Positions 9,808 through 21,200 of a stretch of 64,000 bases of DNA are shown here, piece by piece. The DNA comes from a virus. Under the pieces are notes generated by a model. It was not told where the DNA came from. It did not search any database and saw nothing but the letters and a program-made list of their open reading frames with translations. The DNA lies in IMG/VR virus record IMGVR_UViG_3300002494_000005, positions 3,482 through 67,481 of that record; one strand, 5' to 3'. The number at the start of each line of letters is the position of its first letter. The first letter of the stretch is position 1. Both the position numbers and the translations under genes were made by a program.

Positions 9808-12800
9808 ATGGCGGATGTGCGTGTGGATGTGGAGCTGACCACCAGCATGAAAGGTGTGCAAACCGAACTCGCTAGAGTTCTCAGGCCCATTGAGCAGCTT
9901 CTGCAGAAACTAAGCGGTAACGCTACTCTTGACCTACAGTTGACCAAGCAAGGTGCTGGTCTGGTATCTAAGCAGTTAGAGGAGTTCGCTTCTAAAGTCG
10001 GTATTGACCAAAAGGAAGCTAAGAGACTTGGAGAGGCTTTCCGTGTCTTTGTAGCCGACATTGACCGCTACTTGCGCAATGTGCGTCGTGGTGAGTTAGA
10101 AGAAGCCGGTAGGCGTCTTGACTCTGCCATGAAAAGTCTGCAAACCTTTACTGAAGGAATTGCTGCGTGGGATGAAAAACTCAAAGGTGTTACTCTGCCA
10201 ACCTTTAGAATAACTGCCGTACGCGATGGTAAAGCCATTATCATTATTGACTCCAAGAAAGTCATTGACGTGGCAGAGGCAATAGAAGCTGATTTGAACC
10301 GGTTTTTTACTGACCGCACTAAGAAAGAGGCGCAGGAACTTAGGAAGCAGCTGTATTTGCGACTGCAGAGAATTAAGCGAGACGCTAGCCAGGGTAAACT
10401 CGATGAGGCTAAGGAGGCTTTAGAAGGCGTTTACAAGGAACTGAAGACCTCTGGCGGTTTGCCTGACCCACGTCAGCTTAAGGATATTAAGAACGTGCTT
10501 AGAGAGTTGAGTGCGCAAACTAAAGACCTAGTCGCTAACACGGCCGCTGAACTGCAGAAGCTGGCTAAAGAATACCTGGTCAGCTCCGTGTTGCCTAAGT
10601 TTGCTCCAGGAGTAGACCCTGATGCCCTATTGCGCGCCTATAGCTATCTGGGGGGTTCCAGGCAAGCTTTGCTTGACGCTTTCTTTAACGCGCTAATACA
10701 AAACAATCAGTTTAACAACATGGCAGCTGGTCAGACTGCTAAAGGTTTACAGCAGACTGTAGCCAGGCTGGTAGGCCACATAGAGCAGACCATGATGCAA
10801 AGCTTGATGAGTACCGAGTATGGTCGTGACCTTATCGCTTCCAAAGGTCAGGAAGCGTTTATGGACCAGCTAGCCGGAGCGTACAGTCTTTTGTCCAGTC
10901 GGCTTCTGTACGCCAGTCCGCAAAGTCTACAAAACACGGCTAACATGTTCTTAAAGGACGCTGAAGCCGCTAAGAAGAAGTTTAATATAGCGCTGGATGA
11001 CGTTCGTGGCATTGGGTTGGCCCTTAACTCAGTGGCTGAAATGCTAGAAAAGCAGTTTGGTGAGTCGGTCTCCATTATGGAGGCCTTGAGCATGTACGCT
11101 CATAGCAATCTCCTAAACGAGATGGCCGAAAGTAACCCCTTGACCGGAGCATACAGGTTTGGTCGTCAACGCGCTTTGGACACCAGGCACGAAGACTACT
11201 TGAGAGCTTTCCTGCCTGGCCTGTACAACCGTTACCGGCAGCTATCGGCGGCGGGAGACCCAACCGCGCTCAAGTTCCGCACCGAGTTTGTGTCCCGCCT
11301 AGGGACCTCGGTGGACGCTATGCACGGCCTGCTACTAAACTCGCTGGCCAACTTTGCGTCCGGTATCGGTATCGGAGCTTTCTTTGGCACTGTTTACGCT
11401 GTATCTCAATACGTTCAGCAAATGCAGGAACTCAATAAGCAGCTGCTCGCCTACAAGAAGATACTGGAAATGCGTGGTGAGCAAAGCATGGCCGATAGCG
11501 TGAGCGCGCTCCGCGACCGTCTACTGGAGCTGGCCAAAGCTAGCGGCGTGGCTGTAGAGGAAGTAGCTAGACTGTTTGGTACTGTTGCCCGCAACGGCAT
11601 GAGCACAGACGGAATGGAACGCCTGCTCGGTGTAGTCGGCAGGCTAAACGAAGTGTTTGGCATACCGTTTGATGCCTTGCGTAGTGACATCGCTGAAACT
11701 TTATTGCAACACAGGCAGTACTTCCTCGGTCCGGACACCATTTCTAGAGTGCTAGAGTACGGCGGACCACAAGCTGACAAAGCTTTGAACATTTTTAACG
11801 AGTTGATAAAGATGGCCAGTAGCGCCGCTTTCTCGTTTGACGAGCTGGCTAAAGCTGTACGTTTTTATCTTGACACTGGTAAACCGGTAAAAGACAGTTT
11901 CTACGAAATCGCTAAAGCCGTGGAATACGGCGGTACCGTTGCTGAGGACATGGCCAAGAAGCTTCACCAGATGGCCGAAGAAACTGTTGATTTTGGTCAA
12001 ATACTTACCCATGGAGGCGAATACCAGGAAAACCTTCAGCAGCTGCAAAAGCAACTAGGTCTTACCATATCTTCGCTTGGTCACGACATCATGGCCGGGT
12101 TCGGCATTGGCGAGGCGTCTACCTTCATGGCGACTCTGCAGGCTATGCTGACCGGCTTTCTGGCTTTGGTCAAAGGTCTGCAAGACTTTATTAACGCCGT
12201 CCTGAATCTGAAAGTGATTGGGCCAATGCTGCAGGCTGCCCTCGCTGTCTTGACCGGTACTGGCATAACGGTCCTGGTAGTCTCCATGTTCCGCCTGTTG
12301 GCTTTGTTCGCCTCAAGGGTCATGGAGTCTGTGACGGCTACCACGGCTATACTGCGTAGCGCTAACCTGACTACCGGCATAGCTACGGCTACCAATCTCT
12401 TGGTGGCCCTGCGTGTCAACCTGGTCAAGTTCTTCACCTCGCTAGGCGCTGTGATAGCGGCTGCCGGTACCGGCGCTATGAGTTTGCTGCGCTCCGGTGG
12501 GCTGGCAGCGCTAGCTGGTGGGGCTTTGGCCGCCGTTCGTGGTGGTATTGGTGCCGCCTTGGCAGGTGGGGCGGCATTACTCGGGGCTATCCCTGGTATT
12601 GGCTGGATGGCTTTAGGCGCCACGGCGTTGGTCGGTACCGGAGTGTACCTAGCCACAAAGAACGCTAGACGTCGCGAAGAGGAGATTAACAAGGCATTAG
12701 AGTCTTCGCGACAGCTGATACCGTCCATTAATCGGGCAGAGTATAAGGGCGGTGTAGTCAACCTTTACTCTCCAGACAACACCACCAGCACTCCGACTTA

Positions 12801-15800
12801 TGCCATTGACCTTGAAAAGCTGCGTAGTAAGGACGCCACCGACAAGCTGGTAGCCTATATGCTTGGAAAGCTTCAAGGAGCGGATAGACTAGTTTACGAG
12901 CAAGCTGCTAACTTAATGCGCGCCCTTAACATTCAGGATAAGGCCTCGCTGGAGCGGTACCGCGAACAGCTTAAGGAGGAAATGATAAAACTCTCTAAAG
13001 ACTATGCCACGGCTGACCAGAAACGTAGAGAACTTATTAATCAGCAGCTGCTGAACTTGACTGCCGTAGCTAACATCGTTAACGCTGTCGGAGATGCTTA
13101 CGTTGCGGCTGTTCAAAGGGCTTCCGGTGTGATGCAACAGACGGAAACGCGCGCTTCTCTGGATGCGCAGTACCGGGCTAAACTGACCGAACACGCCACT
13201 GAGATGGCCAAGATGACTGACCGCGAAAAGGCTGAGTTTCAAAAGAAAATTGCTTTGAAGCTTATCCAGAACACTGTTGGTGACGAGCGTGGAAAGGGTC
13301 TGTTTGCCGTGGATTCTGCGCAATCGTGGCTTACTCAAGTGCTGGAAAACTTGGAACGGGAGCTTAACGACCGGTTGCTGGAAGCGGAATCTTTCTCGAC
13401 TGAGACCGCTAGAAACTCCGCTAAACGGGCGGCTTACTCTTGGTACATATCTCAGCTTCAAGCCACAAAAAGCGAACTCACCTCGTTTTTTAAGAAGGCT
13501 AAGCTTGACCCCCAACTCGCTACCAGGCTTAATGGCCTGCTATACGTGAAGACGCGCGAAGCCAAAGCGCGTGTTGAGCAGATAGACAGACAGGTGCGGG
13601 ATTTTGAGCGCTCTCTCGCTGACGCCGGCGCTCAGTCTGCTCAGCAGCTAAACAACGTCATGAAGGAAGCTTTCTATGGTCCTACCAGCACACCCAGCCT
13701 CGCTGCCAAGCTGCTGGCTACCGCTGAGAGCATTCTGAACACTACCGCTAATGACGCCCCTGAAAAAGCTGCAATTGTAGCCAAGCAGGTTAACGCTTAC
13801 TTGGCCAAGAATCTCGCGGTAGCGCAAGAGTATGACCGCAAAGTGCAGACCATGCTCAACGAGTTTGCCGCAGCTAAAAGGGTCTCCGACCCTGAAAAGC
13901 GGTTCCAAAACTTGAAACTTGTGGTTCAGAAATACTTGGGTGAGTACTCCAAGAGTCTCAATAAGGTGCCTGGGCTAGCTTTGCAGATTGCCGACCAACT
14001 AGAGGCCGCGCTGTTTAAAGACGGCGGCATGCTGTCGGCCATCAATAGCCTGACAGATTCTACAATCAGAGAGCTTAAGAACATAGCCGAGCGGGTTAAG
14101 CAAAAAGACTATGGTCCATTTGCCGACTTGGGCAGGGTGATAGAGGGCTTTGCCAAAGGCGTGGAGACACTAGCCAAGGTTGGTGTTATGACCGCCGACT
14201 TCAAAAACTTGAGCAGTAAATACCAAACGCTTCTCCAAGACGTCAGGCTAACTCAGGTAAAAGGTTTAGACAAGGCTATAACTATTACCAAAGACGAGCT
14301 AAAACATTACAAGAGCCTTTCTAAACTGTCTGACGGGGACAAAGCGTACATGGCCATGCTTGAGGCACACATTAATAACCTTACCGAAATCAAAAACCTG
14401 ATGGTAGAGTTAGAGAGCATAGATAGACAGTTGAGCAGTAACATTGATGCCAAGACCAAAACCGCTTTGTCGTCCAAGCGGCGACAAGAACTAATCGCTA
14501 GGAAGATTGAAATTGAACGTAAACTAGCAGCTTTGCGCGCTGACGCTGAGAAGCGTAGTCAGGATTTGGCAACCGCCACCTCTCAGCTTATGGATACACT
14601 CACCGACTACACCGGCAGCCTTAAAGACGCCATATCCGGGCTACTCTCCGCTATAACTAGCACGCTTGAAGATTTTAAGAACAAGATTAACGACCAAAAA
14701 GAAAAACTAGATAGCATGGTAAAAGCTTACTTGCAGCGTGGAACTCGTGTGTCTCTTGTAGAAGAAGAGGACCAAAGGTATGAGGAACTAAAGAAGTCTA
14801 TCGATGAACAACGCAAGTCTGTAGAGCCGTTTAAGAAAGCTTTGGATGAGATAGAAAAACTGTTGAATGGTAACCAAATCAACAACCTTAAGACGGTACT
14901 GGAAGCTATAGCTAGCGGTAAAACTTTGCCAGATACCGCTAGTGATGAAGTGAAAAAGATGTACAATGCTTTGAAGGGAAGCATCTCGGCTGCTTTTGCA
15001 GAGGAACTCTTAAGTAAGCTTGTGTCTGGTGTAGACGTGATAAGTGAGTTTATTGGCAAAGTAAAGGACGAGTTAAACGCCCTTTTCCTTGGCTTTGAAG
15101 CAGCAAAACAGAACGCTGCCCAGCATTACGAAGGTTTGCGCGAAGCTGCTCAGATTCGTGAAAAGGTGCAGCGTTTGGAAGAGTCTAAGAGCAAGCTAAT
15201 TGAGACGCTATCTGTTGCTGATGACCTTGAAGCTTATCGTGGTCAAGTAGACGACTTTGTTAGGGAAGCCGGAACCCTGCAAAGCAAACTGAACGAGTTT
15301 AAGGCAAAGTACCCCGAGTTTGACGTTAAGGACATAGAACAGTCGCTAAGCGAAACAAACCAGATTATCGTTGAGTACTTCTCCATGTTTGTGGATAAAG
15401 CAATTAACCAGCTACCACAGCTGTCTGAAGTGCTTAAGCCAACTGACGAAGACTTGAAGAAAATTACCGATGCTTTGAATCTGCTAGACAAAATAGACCA
15501 GGAATTGAGCGTTACTAAAGACCCTAAGGTAAAGGCCGGGCTTAGTAAGCTACGCAAAAATCTAGTGAACGCTTTGGTACAACTGGCAGAAAAAGATGGC
15601 GATTCTGTTTTGAGCTACATAGAATCTGCCCTTGGCCCAGAGATGTTTGCCAAACTACGAGCAGAGAAGACCCTGAAAGAATTTGGCGACAAGGTAGCGT
15701 CTGTTGGCAAGCTATTAGACGTCAAGGTCGAGTCTTTAAGCGACATACCGGCCGCCGAAGAGAGTATTCAGCGTGCCAAAGAAGCGTTAGAACAGCGTAA

Positions 15801-18135
15801 AAAGGACTTTGAAGCGCTAAAGAGCAGTGGATTGTATAAAGACACCGCTCTTAGCGCGTATGAGCAGAATTTGGCTGACCTTGAAAAGCGCATAAAAGAC
15901 ACCGAAAAATATGTGAGTGACCGAGAGTACCAGCTTCTCCAGCAAATGGACGCTGAACTTTTAAAGGACGCTAGGGAAAGCGTGGATTACACCAATGGGC
16001 TTGCTAAAAAACTGCTATTGGCCGGTAGAGGTATTAATGAAATACTAGAGCTGTACAAGAACGCCATAAACGGTATCTTTAACCTTCCACTTAACACACC
16101 AGAAGCTAAAGCTGAAGCTGCTGAAATAGCAAAGAACTTGGTGGAAGGGCTAACGTCTTTACTATCGGATGGTATTCCCGAGGCCGCTAAAGCGCTAGGA
16201 GACATATTCGGTGACCCCACTAAATTCCTAACGTCTATTGAAGGTTTTGGCGACGTGAACAGCCCTGACACGCTTGCTCGTGTGAGAAAAGCGGTCATAG
16301 ATAAGTTTGCAGCTGCAGGGTTCGAAATTAATGAAACTCAAGCAGAAGCTATAGCTAGAGCCCTCATTTCTAAAGCGACTAAAGACGTTGACGCCGCCTA
16401 CGAAGCAGCTATTAAAGCTTTTAACGAAGTCTCTTTTAATGACGTTACGCTGAAGATGAAGCAAGGCGACTTTTCCGCTTTGCAAGAATACTCTAGCAAG
16501 ATAGACGCAGCTGGCAAGTCGCTGTCTACTCTGGTCAACTTGGCTGCTCTTGCAGCTAAGTTTGGAATAAAATTGGACGACAAGGTTAAAGACGAGTTTG
16601 TGCAGTTTGCTACTGAAAATATTAGTAGCGTTGAAAACATGCCAAGCATTCTGCAAGAACTGGTCGAACAGGGAAAGCTGTCCGAACTTGCTGTAACTGA
16701 ATGGATTGAAAAGCTTATAGACACGCTGCAGTTTGTCCGCGGCATGCTCTTAAACCTGGCCAAGACTTTGGGACTTAGCGAACAGCAAATAACCGCTTTG
16801 CAAACGCAGCTTCTTGACGCTGAGCGTAAACTTCAAAATGACCTTGTCACGCGCAAAGCTGCATCTCTGCACATGTACCTGCGGGGCGACCTAACCTCTG
16901 ACGAATATAGCCGCAGGTTGCGCGGAAGAGAAATCCTGATTGGTGCTAAGTCACTGACCGAATTTACTCAGCTTACTGATGGGCTGGTCCAGTTGTTTAC
17001 AAAGCTAGAGCGTGTTCCTGGGCTTAGCGACGCTGCCAGGCGGTCTAGGTTGATTGGTCGTCTATCGGCTGCGGCCCTGCTTGATGACGCGTCCTTGGTA
17101 AAGCTAGTAGCGCCAGATATATCGGACGAAGAAGTAAAACTCTTTTTGAATAGCGCTACCTCTAAAGAACGTTTAGAAGCGCTCCGCGCTTCTATCAAAC
17201 GGGCTATTAACGACTTGCAAGAAGAGGCGCAACAAGAGCTTGAACAAATGATTGACGGGTTGGTAAATAGCCTGCGGGATGCTCTGGCTAACTTGTTCAC
17301 CTCTATTTTTACTATCCCTGTCCAAATGCTCAGGTCTTGGCGTGAGCAGCAGAGACAGCTGCAAGAACTGCGCTTTGAACTTCGCCTCGCCGCTTCTGAC
17401 GTTGACTACTGGCAGAAAAAGTATGACGAAGCGGTCAAGACTTACGGTGTACTGTCCGATGAAGCCCGACGGTACGCTGAAAAGGTAGCCGAGGCCAAGC
17501 GCGCGCATGAAGAGCTAAGCGAGCGTATCAAGGAAACGGAAAACAACGCTAAGAGTCTGTTCTCTTACCTGCTAGACGCTATCGCGCAGTTCCTTGAAGC
17601 CTTGGCTCAGGCTATCACGCAGCAAGCCGCTTTTAGAGCCGCCACGTGGCTTGTTGACACGGTCATAGGAGCGGCGTTTGGAGGCGGGAATACTGGCGCT
17701 GTCACCCCACAGGGCTTGTCCGTGCAATCGGTCGGCGTCCAACCCCAAGGACAAGCCGCGGTAGCGGCTAGTACACCGACTGGTTATGGCGCTGTTTCTG
17801 GTATAATGAGTGTAGGCGGTGCTGTAGCTACACGCGCTTTAAGCGGAGCCATCGCTTCGCTTGGAGTAGCTTCTCCCATCGCCGGACTGTTGGCCGGGCT
17901 TGCGGTAAGCGTTGTTGCGGACTGGATATCTGACATCGCCGACCGCGCGTTTAACTCCAAGTACTACACCTTCGCTTACGGTACTAAGGGCCGGTTTGAC
18001 TACACCACCTCGCCGGTGCGTCTCCAGCAGCCTGTCAATGTCAATGTGCAGGTGCAGGCCGAGCTAGACAAGAACAAGGTTGCTAAGGAGACTACCGACC
18101 GGCTGGTCAGGGAGTTGATACACTCGGGAGTGTAA
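9808..18135 (+). CDS. Tape measure protein (2775 aa)
   Basis: Very long, helical, A/L/K/E-rich, with hydrophobic membrane-like segments; follows the TAC genes. Confidence 0.9.
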   Translation: MADVRVDVELTTSMKGVQTELARVLRPIEQLLQKLSGNATLDLQLTKQGAGLVSKQLEEFASKVGIDQKEAKRLGEAFRVFVADIDRYLRNVRRGELEEAGRRLDSAMKSLQTFTEGIAAWDEKLKGVTLPTFRITAVRDGKAIIIIDSKKVIDVAEAIEADLNRFFTDRTKKEAQELRKQLYLRLQRIKRDASQGKLDEAKEALEGVYKELKTSGGLPDPRQLKDIKNVLRELSAQTKDLVANTAAELQKLAKEYLVSSVLPKFAPGVDPDALLRAYSYLGGSRQALLDAFFNALIQNNQFNNMAAGQTAKGLQQTVARLVGHIEQTMMQSLMSTEYGRDLIASKGQEAFMDQLAGAYSLLSSRLLYASPQSLQNTANMFLKDAEAAKKKFNIALDDVRGIGLALNSVAEMLEKQFGESVSIMEALSMYAHSNLLNEMAESNPLTGAYRFGRQRALDTRHEDYLRAFLPGLYNRYRQLSAAGDPTALKFRTEFVSRLGTSVDAMHGLLLNSLANFASGIGIGAFFGTVYAVSQYVQQMQELNKQLLAYKKILEMRGEQSMADSVSALRDRLLELAKASGVAVEEVARLFGTVARNGMSTDGMERLLGVVGRLNEVFGIPFDALRSDIAETLLQHRQYFLGPDTISRVLEYGGPQADKALNIFNELIKMASSAAFSFDELAKAVRFYLDTGKPVKDSFYEIAKAVEYGGTVAEDMAKKLHQMAEETVDFGQILTHGGEYQENLQQLQKQLGLTISSLGHDIMAGFGIGEASTFMATLQAMLTGFLALVKGLQDFINAVLNLKVIGPMLQAALAVLTGTGITVLVVSMFRLLALFASRVMESVTATTAILRSANLTTGIATATNLLVALRVNLVKFFTSLGAVIAAAGTGAMSLLRSGGLAALAGGALAAVRGGIGAALAGGAALLGAIPGIGWMALGATALVGTGVYLATKNARRREEEINKALESSRQLIPSINRAEYKGGVVNLYSPDNTTSTPTYAIDLEKLRSKDATDKLVAYMLGKLQGADRLVYEQAANLMRALNIQDKASLERYREQLKEEMIKLSKDYATADQKRRELINQQLLNLTAVANIVNAVGDAYVAAVQRASGVMQQTETRASLDAQYRAKLTEHATEMAKMTDREKAEFQKKIALKLIQNTVGDERGKGLFAVDSAQSWLTQVLENLERELNDRLLEAESFSTETARNSAKRAAYSWYISQLQATKSELTSFFKKAKLDPQLATRLNGLLYVKTREAKARVEQIDRQVRDFERSLADAGAQSAQQLNNVMKEAFYGPTSTPSLAAKLLATAESILNTTANDAPEKAAIVAKQVNAYLAKNLAVAQEYDRKVQTMLNEFAAAKRVSDPEKRFQNLKLVVQKYLGEYSKSLNKVPGLALQIADQLEAALFKDGGMLSAINSLTDSTIRELKNIAERVKQKDYGPFADLGRVIEGFAKGVETLAKVGVMTADFKNLSSKYQTLLQDVRLTQVKGLDKAITITKDELKHYKSLSKLSDGDKAYMAMLEAHINNLTEIKNLMVELESIDRQLSSNIDAKTKTALSSKRRQELIARKIEIERKLAALRADAEKRSQDLATATSQLMDTLTDYTGSLKDAISGLLSAITSTLEDFKNKINDQKEKLDSMVKAYLQRGTRVSLVEEEDQRYEELKKSIDEQRKSVEPFKKALDEIEKLLNGNQINNLKTVLEAIASGKTLPDTASDEVKKMYNALKGSISAAFAEELLSKLVSGVDVISEFIGKVKDELNALFLGFEAAKQNAAQHYEGLREAAQIREKVQRLEESKSKLIETLSVADDLEAYRGQVDDFVREAGTLQSKLNEFKAKYPEFDVKDIEQSLSETNQIIVEYFSMFVDKAINQLPQLSEVLKPTDEDLKKITDALNLLDKIDQELSVTKDPKVKAGLSKLRKNLVNALVQLAEKDGDSVLSYIESALGPEMFAKLRAEKTLKEFGDKVASVGKLLDVKVESLSDIPAAEESIQRAKEALEQRKKDFEALKSSGLYKDTALSAYEQNLADLEKRIKDTEKYVSDREYQLLQQMDAELLKDARESVDYTNGLAKKLLLAGRGINEILELYKNAINGIFNLPLNTPEAKAEAAEIAKNLVEGLTSLLSDGIPEAAKALGDIFGDPTKFLTSIEGFGDVNSPDTLARVRKAVIDKFAAAGFEINETQAEAIARALISKATKDVDAAYEAAIKAFNEVSFNDVTLKMKQGDFSALQEYSSKIDAAGKSLSTLVNLAALAAKFGIKLDDKVKDEFVQFATENISSVENMPSILQELVEQGKLSELAVTEWIEKLIDTLQFVRGMLLNLAKTLGLSEQQITALQTQLLDAERKLQNDLVTRKAASLHMYLRGDLTSDEYSRRLRGREILIGAKSLTEFTQLTDGLVQLFTKLERVPGLSDAARRSRLIGRLSAAALLDDASLVKLVAPDISDEEVKLFLNSATSKERLEALRASIKRAINDLQEEAQQELEQMIDGLVNSLRDALANLFTSIFTIPVQMLRSWREQQRQLQELRFELRLAASDVDYWQKKYDEAVKTYGVLSDEARRYAEKVAEAKRAHEELSERIKETENNAKSLFSYLLDAIAQFLEALAQAITQQAAFRAATWLVDTVIGAAFGGGNTGAVTPQGLSVQSVGVQPQGQAAVAASTPTGYGAVSGIMSVGGAVATRALSGAIASLGVASPIAGLLAGLAVSVVADWISDIADRAFNSKYYTFAYGTKGRFDYTTSPVRLQQPVNVNVQVQAELDKNKVAKETTDRLVRELIHSGV

Positions 18136-18168
18136 ACCGGATGGCATAAAGCCATCCGGTTTTTCTTC
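18136..18168 (+). terminator. Intrinsic terminator after TMP
   Basis: ACCGGATGGC-ATAAA-GCCATCCGGT + TTTTCTT. Confidence 0.75.
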
Positions 18169-18221
18169 TCCCGATAGTCGGGCGCGGAGCGCCTTAGCAC
18201 TGGTATTTGTCAGGAGGTACC

Positions 18222-21200
18222 ATGCCTAGGAAGACGCCTATTTACGGCTTTAACCTGTTTTATCACGACGAAAGCATAATCAGCGCTGAAGACGTTCGCC
18301 CCGGAAGCGCGTACACTGGCACACTTCAGCCAGACCCCACTAACACCCTCAACTACAACTTCAAGCTCATGGAAGACTTAGTCCAGTCTATCTTGAACGG
18401 TAGGCTGGCCTTTACCAGCATCTCCACTGTCCAGGATGTTATAGCTGGTAGGGATGTGGTAGTGGGGCGACAGCTGATTCTTAACCCGGAATATGGTCTG
18501 GTACTGAACGCCGACCACAGGCCGTCTCCTCACATCTTGCTGGATTTCGCTGACGCGCTTGTTTACGCTGGAGACGCGGATAACACGACGCTGACCGTTA
18601 CCGCAGCTGGAAATAGCATTACAAACGGCACGCAAAAGAATCCGTTTAAACCCGATAACAGTGTTCTTGCGCTTAGCGGTAACTCTGTATACCCGGTGGT
18701 ATTTCTGGTGTCTTCCAGTGGTACGCTGATTGACACCAGCCTATCGGCTAAAGTACGGCTTTACCTGTCGTTTGACACCGTACCGCAAGGCATATCCGGT
18801 GTACGGCTGGAGGCTAGCCAGGACGGTAGCACCTTCACCACGATTGGTTACTACACGCGAGACCTGGGAAACAAGTATCTGCTCCTTGGACCAGCTATCC
18901 TTACTGGCAGCGCCAAAGCGGTGCGGATAACGCTGGAAGGTACCAACTCTACGTCTACTAACTTCAAGATTAGGCGTGTAGCTTTGCTGCACGAGGGTAC
19001 ACCAGCGCTTGAGGGCTTCTATTTGCCCAGAGCCGGAGGCTCTGTGTATGGCAACGTAAATGTTCGGGGAAATATCACCACTACCGGTGCCATACAGACA
19101 CGAGTTATCCAAGGTCATAACAACGGAGAAATACTAGTTAATGCGCGTAACTACGGAGTAGAACTCCGTATTGACGAAGACGCGACCATTACAGATAGTT
19201 TCAAAGTTACCCGCGGTCCTAACGGCTCTACCACACTCATGGTGGTGCACAGCAGTGGTAACGTTGGTGTTGGTACTGCCGCGCCAACGCAAAAGCTGGA
19301 TGTAGCCGGAAATATCCGTGGTGCGCAGTTTATATCAACCGCCACTACAGGTACCGCCCCATTCCAGGTCAGCAGCTCGACAAAGGTAGTTAACTTGAAC
19401 GCTGACTTGCTTGACGGGTATGATAGCGCTGACTTCCCACGTAAAGATGAAAACGCCACTATTAGAGGTACATGGACGTTTTCTGGTGCGCCAACCTTCT
19501 CTTCTACTCCAACAACGCGGGCCGGGTTAAGAGTAGCTGATGGTGCTGGTCTGTGGACAACCCACGGGTGGCATAAGGCAATAGACTTGGATAAAGGTCA
19601 GGCTTTGGTCTGGCGTACTGGGGGCGGATTGTCAGTTGGTTTGGGTGTTGCCAGGACTACCAACCGCATTTACTTCGCTTCTAGTACAGCGGAGGATGCC
19701 AGCACCGACCCTAGCTATCCGATTGTGTTTGATGTTGGGTCCGGAGACATATTATTTACTCTTGCAAGCTCCAGCATCAAACTTAGTGGCAAGCGAACCA
19801 TTGACGTTTTTGTTGACCACGGCGGGGACACAAACACACGGTATTACTACTTGGGAAAAGTAAATAAAGGCGCTGGAATCTTAAAAGTGCAAGGCATCAT
19901 GGGAGGGCACACATGGGACCAAGGGAGGGCTAATGTAGACTTGCAGTTTTCTGCCCGCGACGGTTTTCGTGTAGACGGCGAAGTCATAGGAAATGTAGGA
20001 CGTGCAGATATTTACGTGTACGACCCAAGTGGAGACCAGTATATATACATCTATCTTGTAACCAAAACTTGGGCGCTAGTCAACTTAGAACTTTCCGCCA
20101 CTGGTTATAGCGCTGTAATAGAATATAACGGAAACTACACAACCACGGAACCGACTTTTGGCGGAAGTCCAATTACGCCAATTTTCAAACTTAGCAACGG
20201 TCCTTCTAGTAATATTCTCTGGACTGACAATAGCGGCGCTTTAACAGTTCCTGCCATCCTTGGCAGAAACACCGGAGAGTTGCTTGTTAGCGGAAGAAAC
20301 TACGGGGTTGAAGTTCGTGTTGATGAAGACGCCACCAGTTATGATGCCTTTAGAGTTACTCGGGGTTCTGGCGGTTCCACCACGCTCATGGTGGTACAAA
20401 GCGGCGGAAGTGTGGGTATAGGTACTACCTCCCCAACGCAGAAACTTGACGTCGCTGGAAACATTAAAGGAACCCAGTTTATATCAACCGCCAGCTCAGG
20501 TACCTCCCCAATGGTGGTAAATAGCACCACTACCGTCATTAATCTTAGCGCTGACATGGTGGATGGTTTACACTCTAGCCAGTTCCTCCGCTCTGACGCT
20601 GATACAACTTTTAACGGTACCACGCTAACTGTAAACGGAAATATTATCATGGCAGCTGGAAAAACGGTAGACGGTGTGGACATTTCGGTCTTCAAGTCCG
20701 CTTACGATGTTCATGAGCACAATGGGACCGACGCGCCTAAAGTTAAAGCCGAAAATGTACTCTCGCAGCCGTACAACGGCACCAGTTATAGTACCACTGT
20801 CAAGGCTTACCTCGATAGCCTTCAGACACAAATAAACAACCTGATTCAAGGTGCGCAGACCGCCGACACACTTCTTGTCAACCATCTAACGGTTAATAAC
20901 ACTATATCCGCCGGTACTGCCACGGCTACGGTTAGCGCTCTCACTGTGAACAGCAACGCCACTGTCAAAGGAGACTTGATAGTTGAAGGTGGAGCTGGTG
21001 CCGTCGCGATAAAAGAAGGCTCGTCGGATAGCACTCCTGGATACCTGGAGAAAGTAGGTGGTACGCTTCGTCTGGCACACACATCCACCAATCCAGTGAC
21101 GGTGTATCGCGGAACGACAGCTGGGCAAGCGGATTTTGAAATTTTCAAAGACGCTGGTAGTGGTGAATTGCCAATCTACCTGAGGTTTCACCAAACCACA

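Noticed and set aside
14325-15605. SDGD and EKDGD in the tape measure as a fused RNAP site
   Set aside because: Both lack the first Asp and lie in helical coiled-coil sequence
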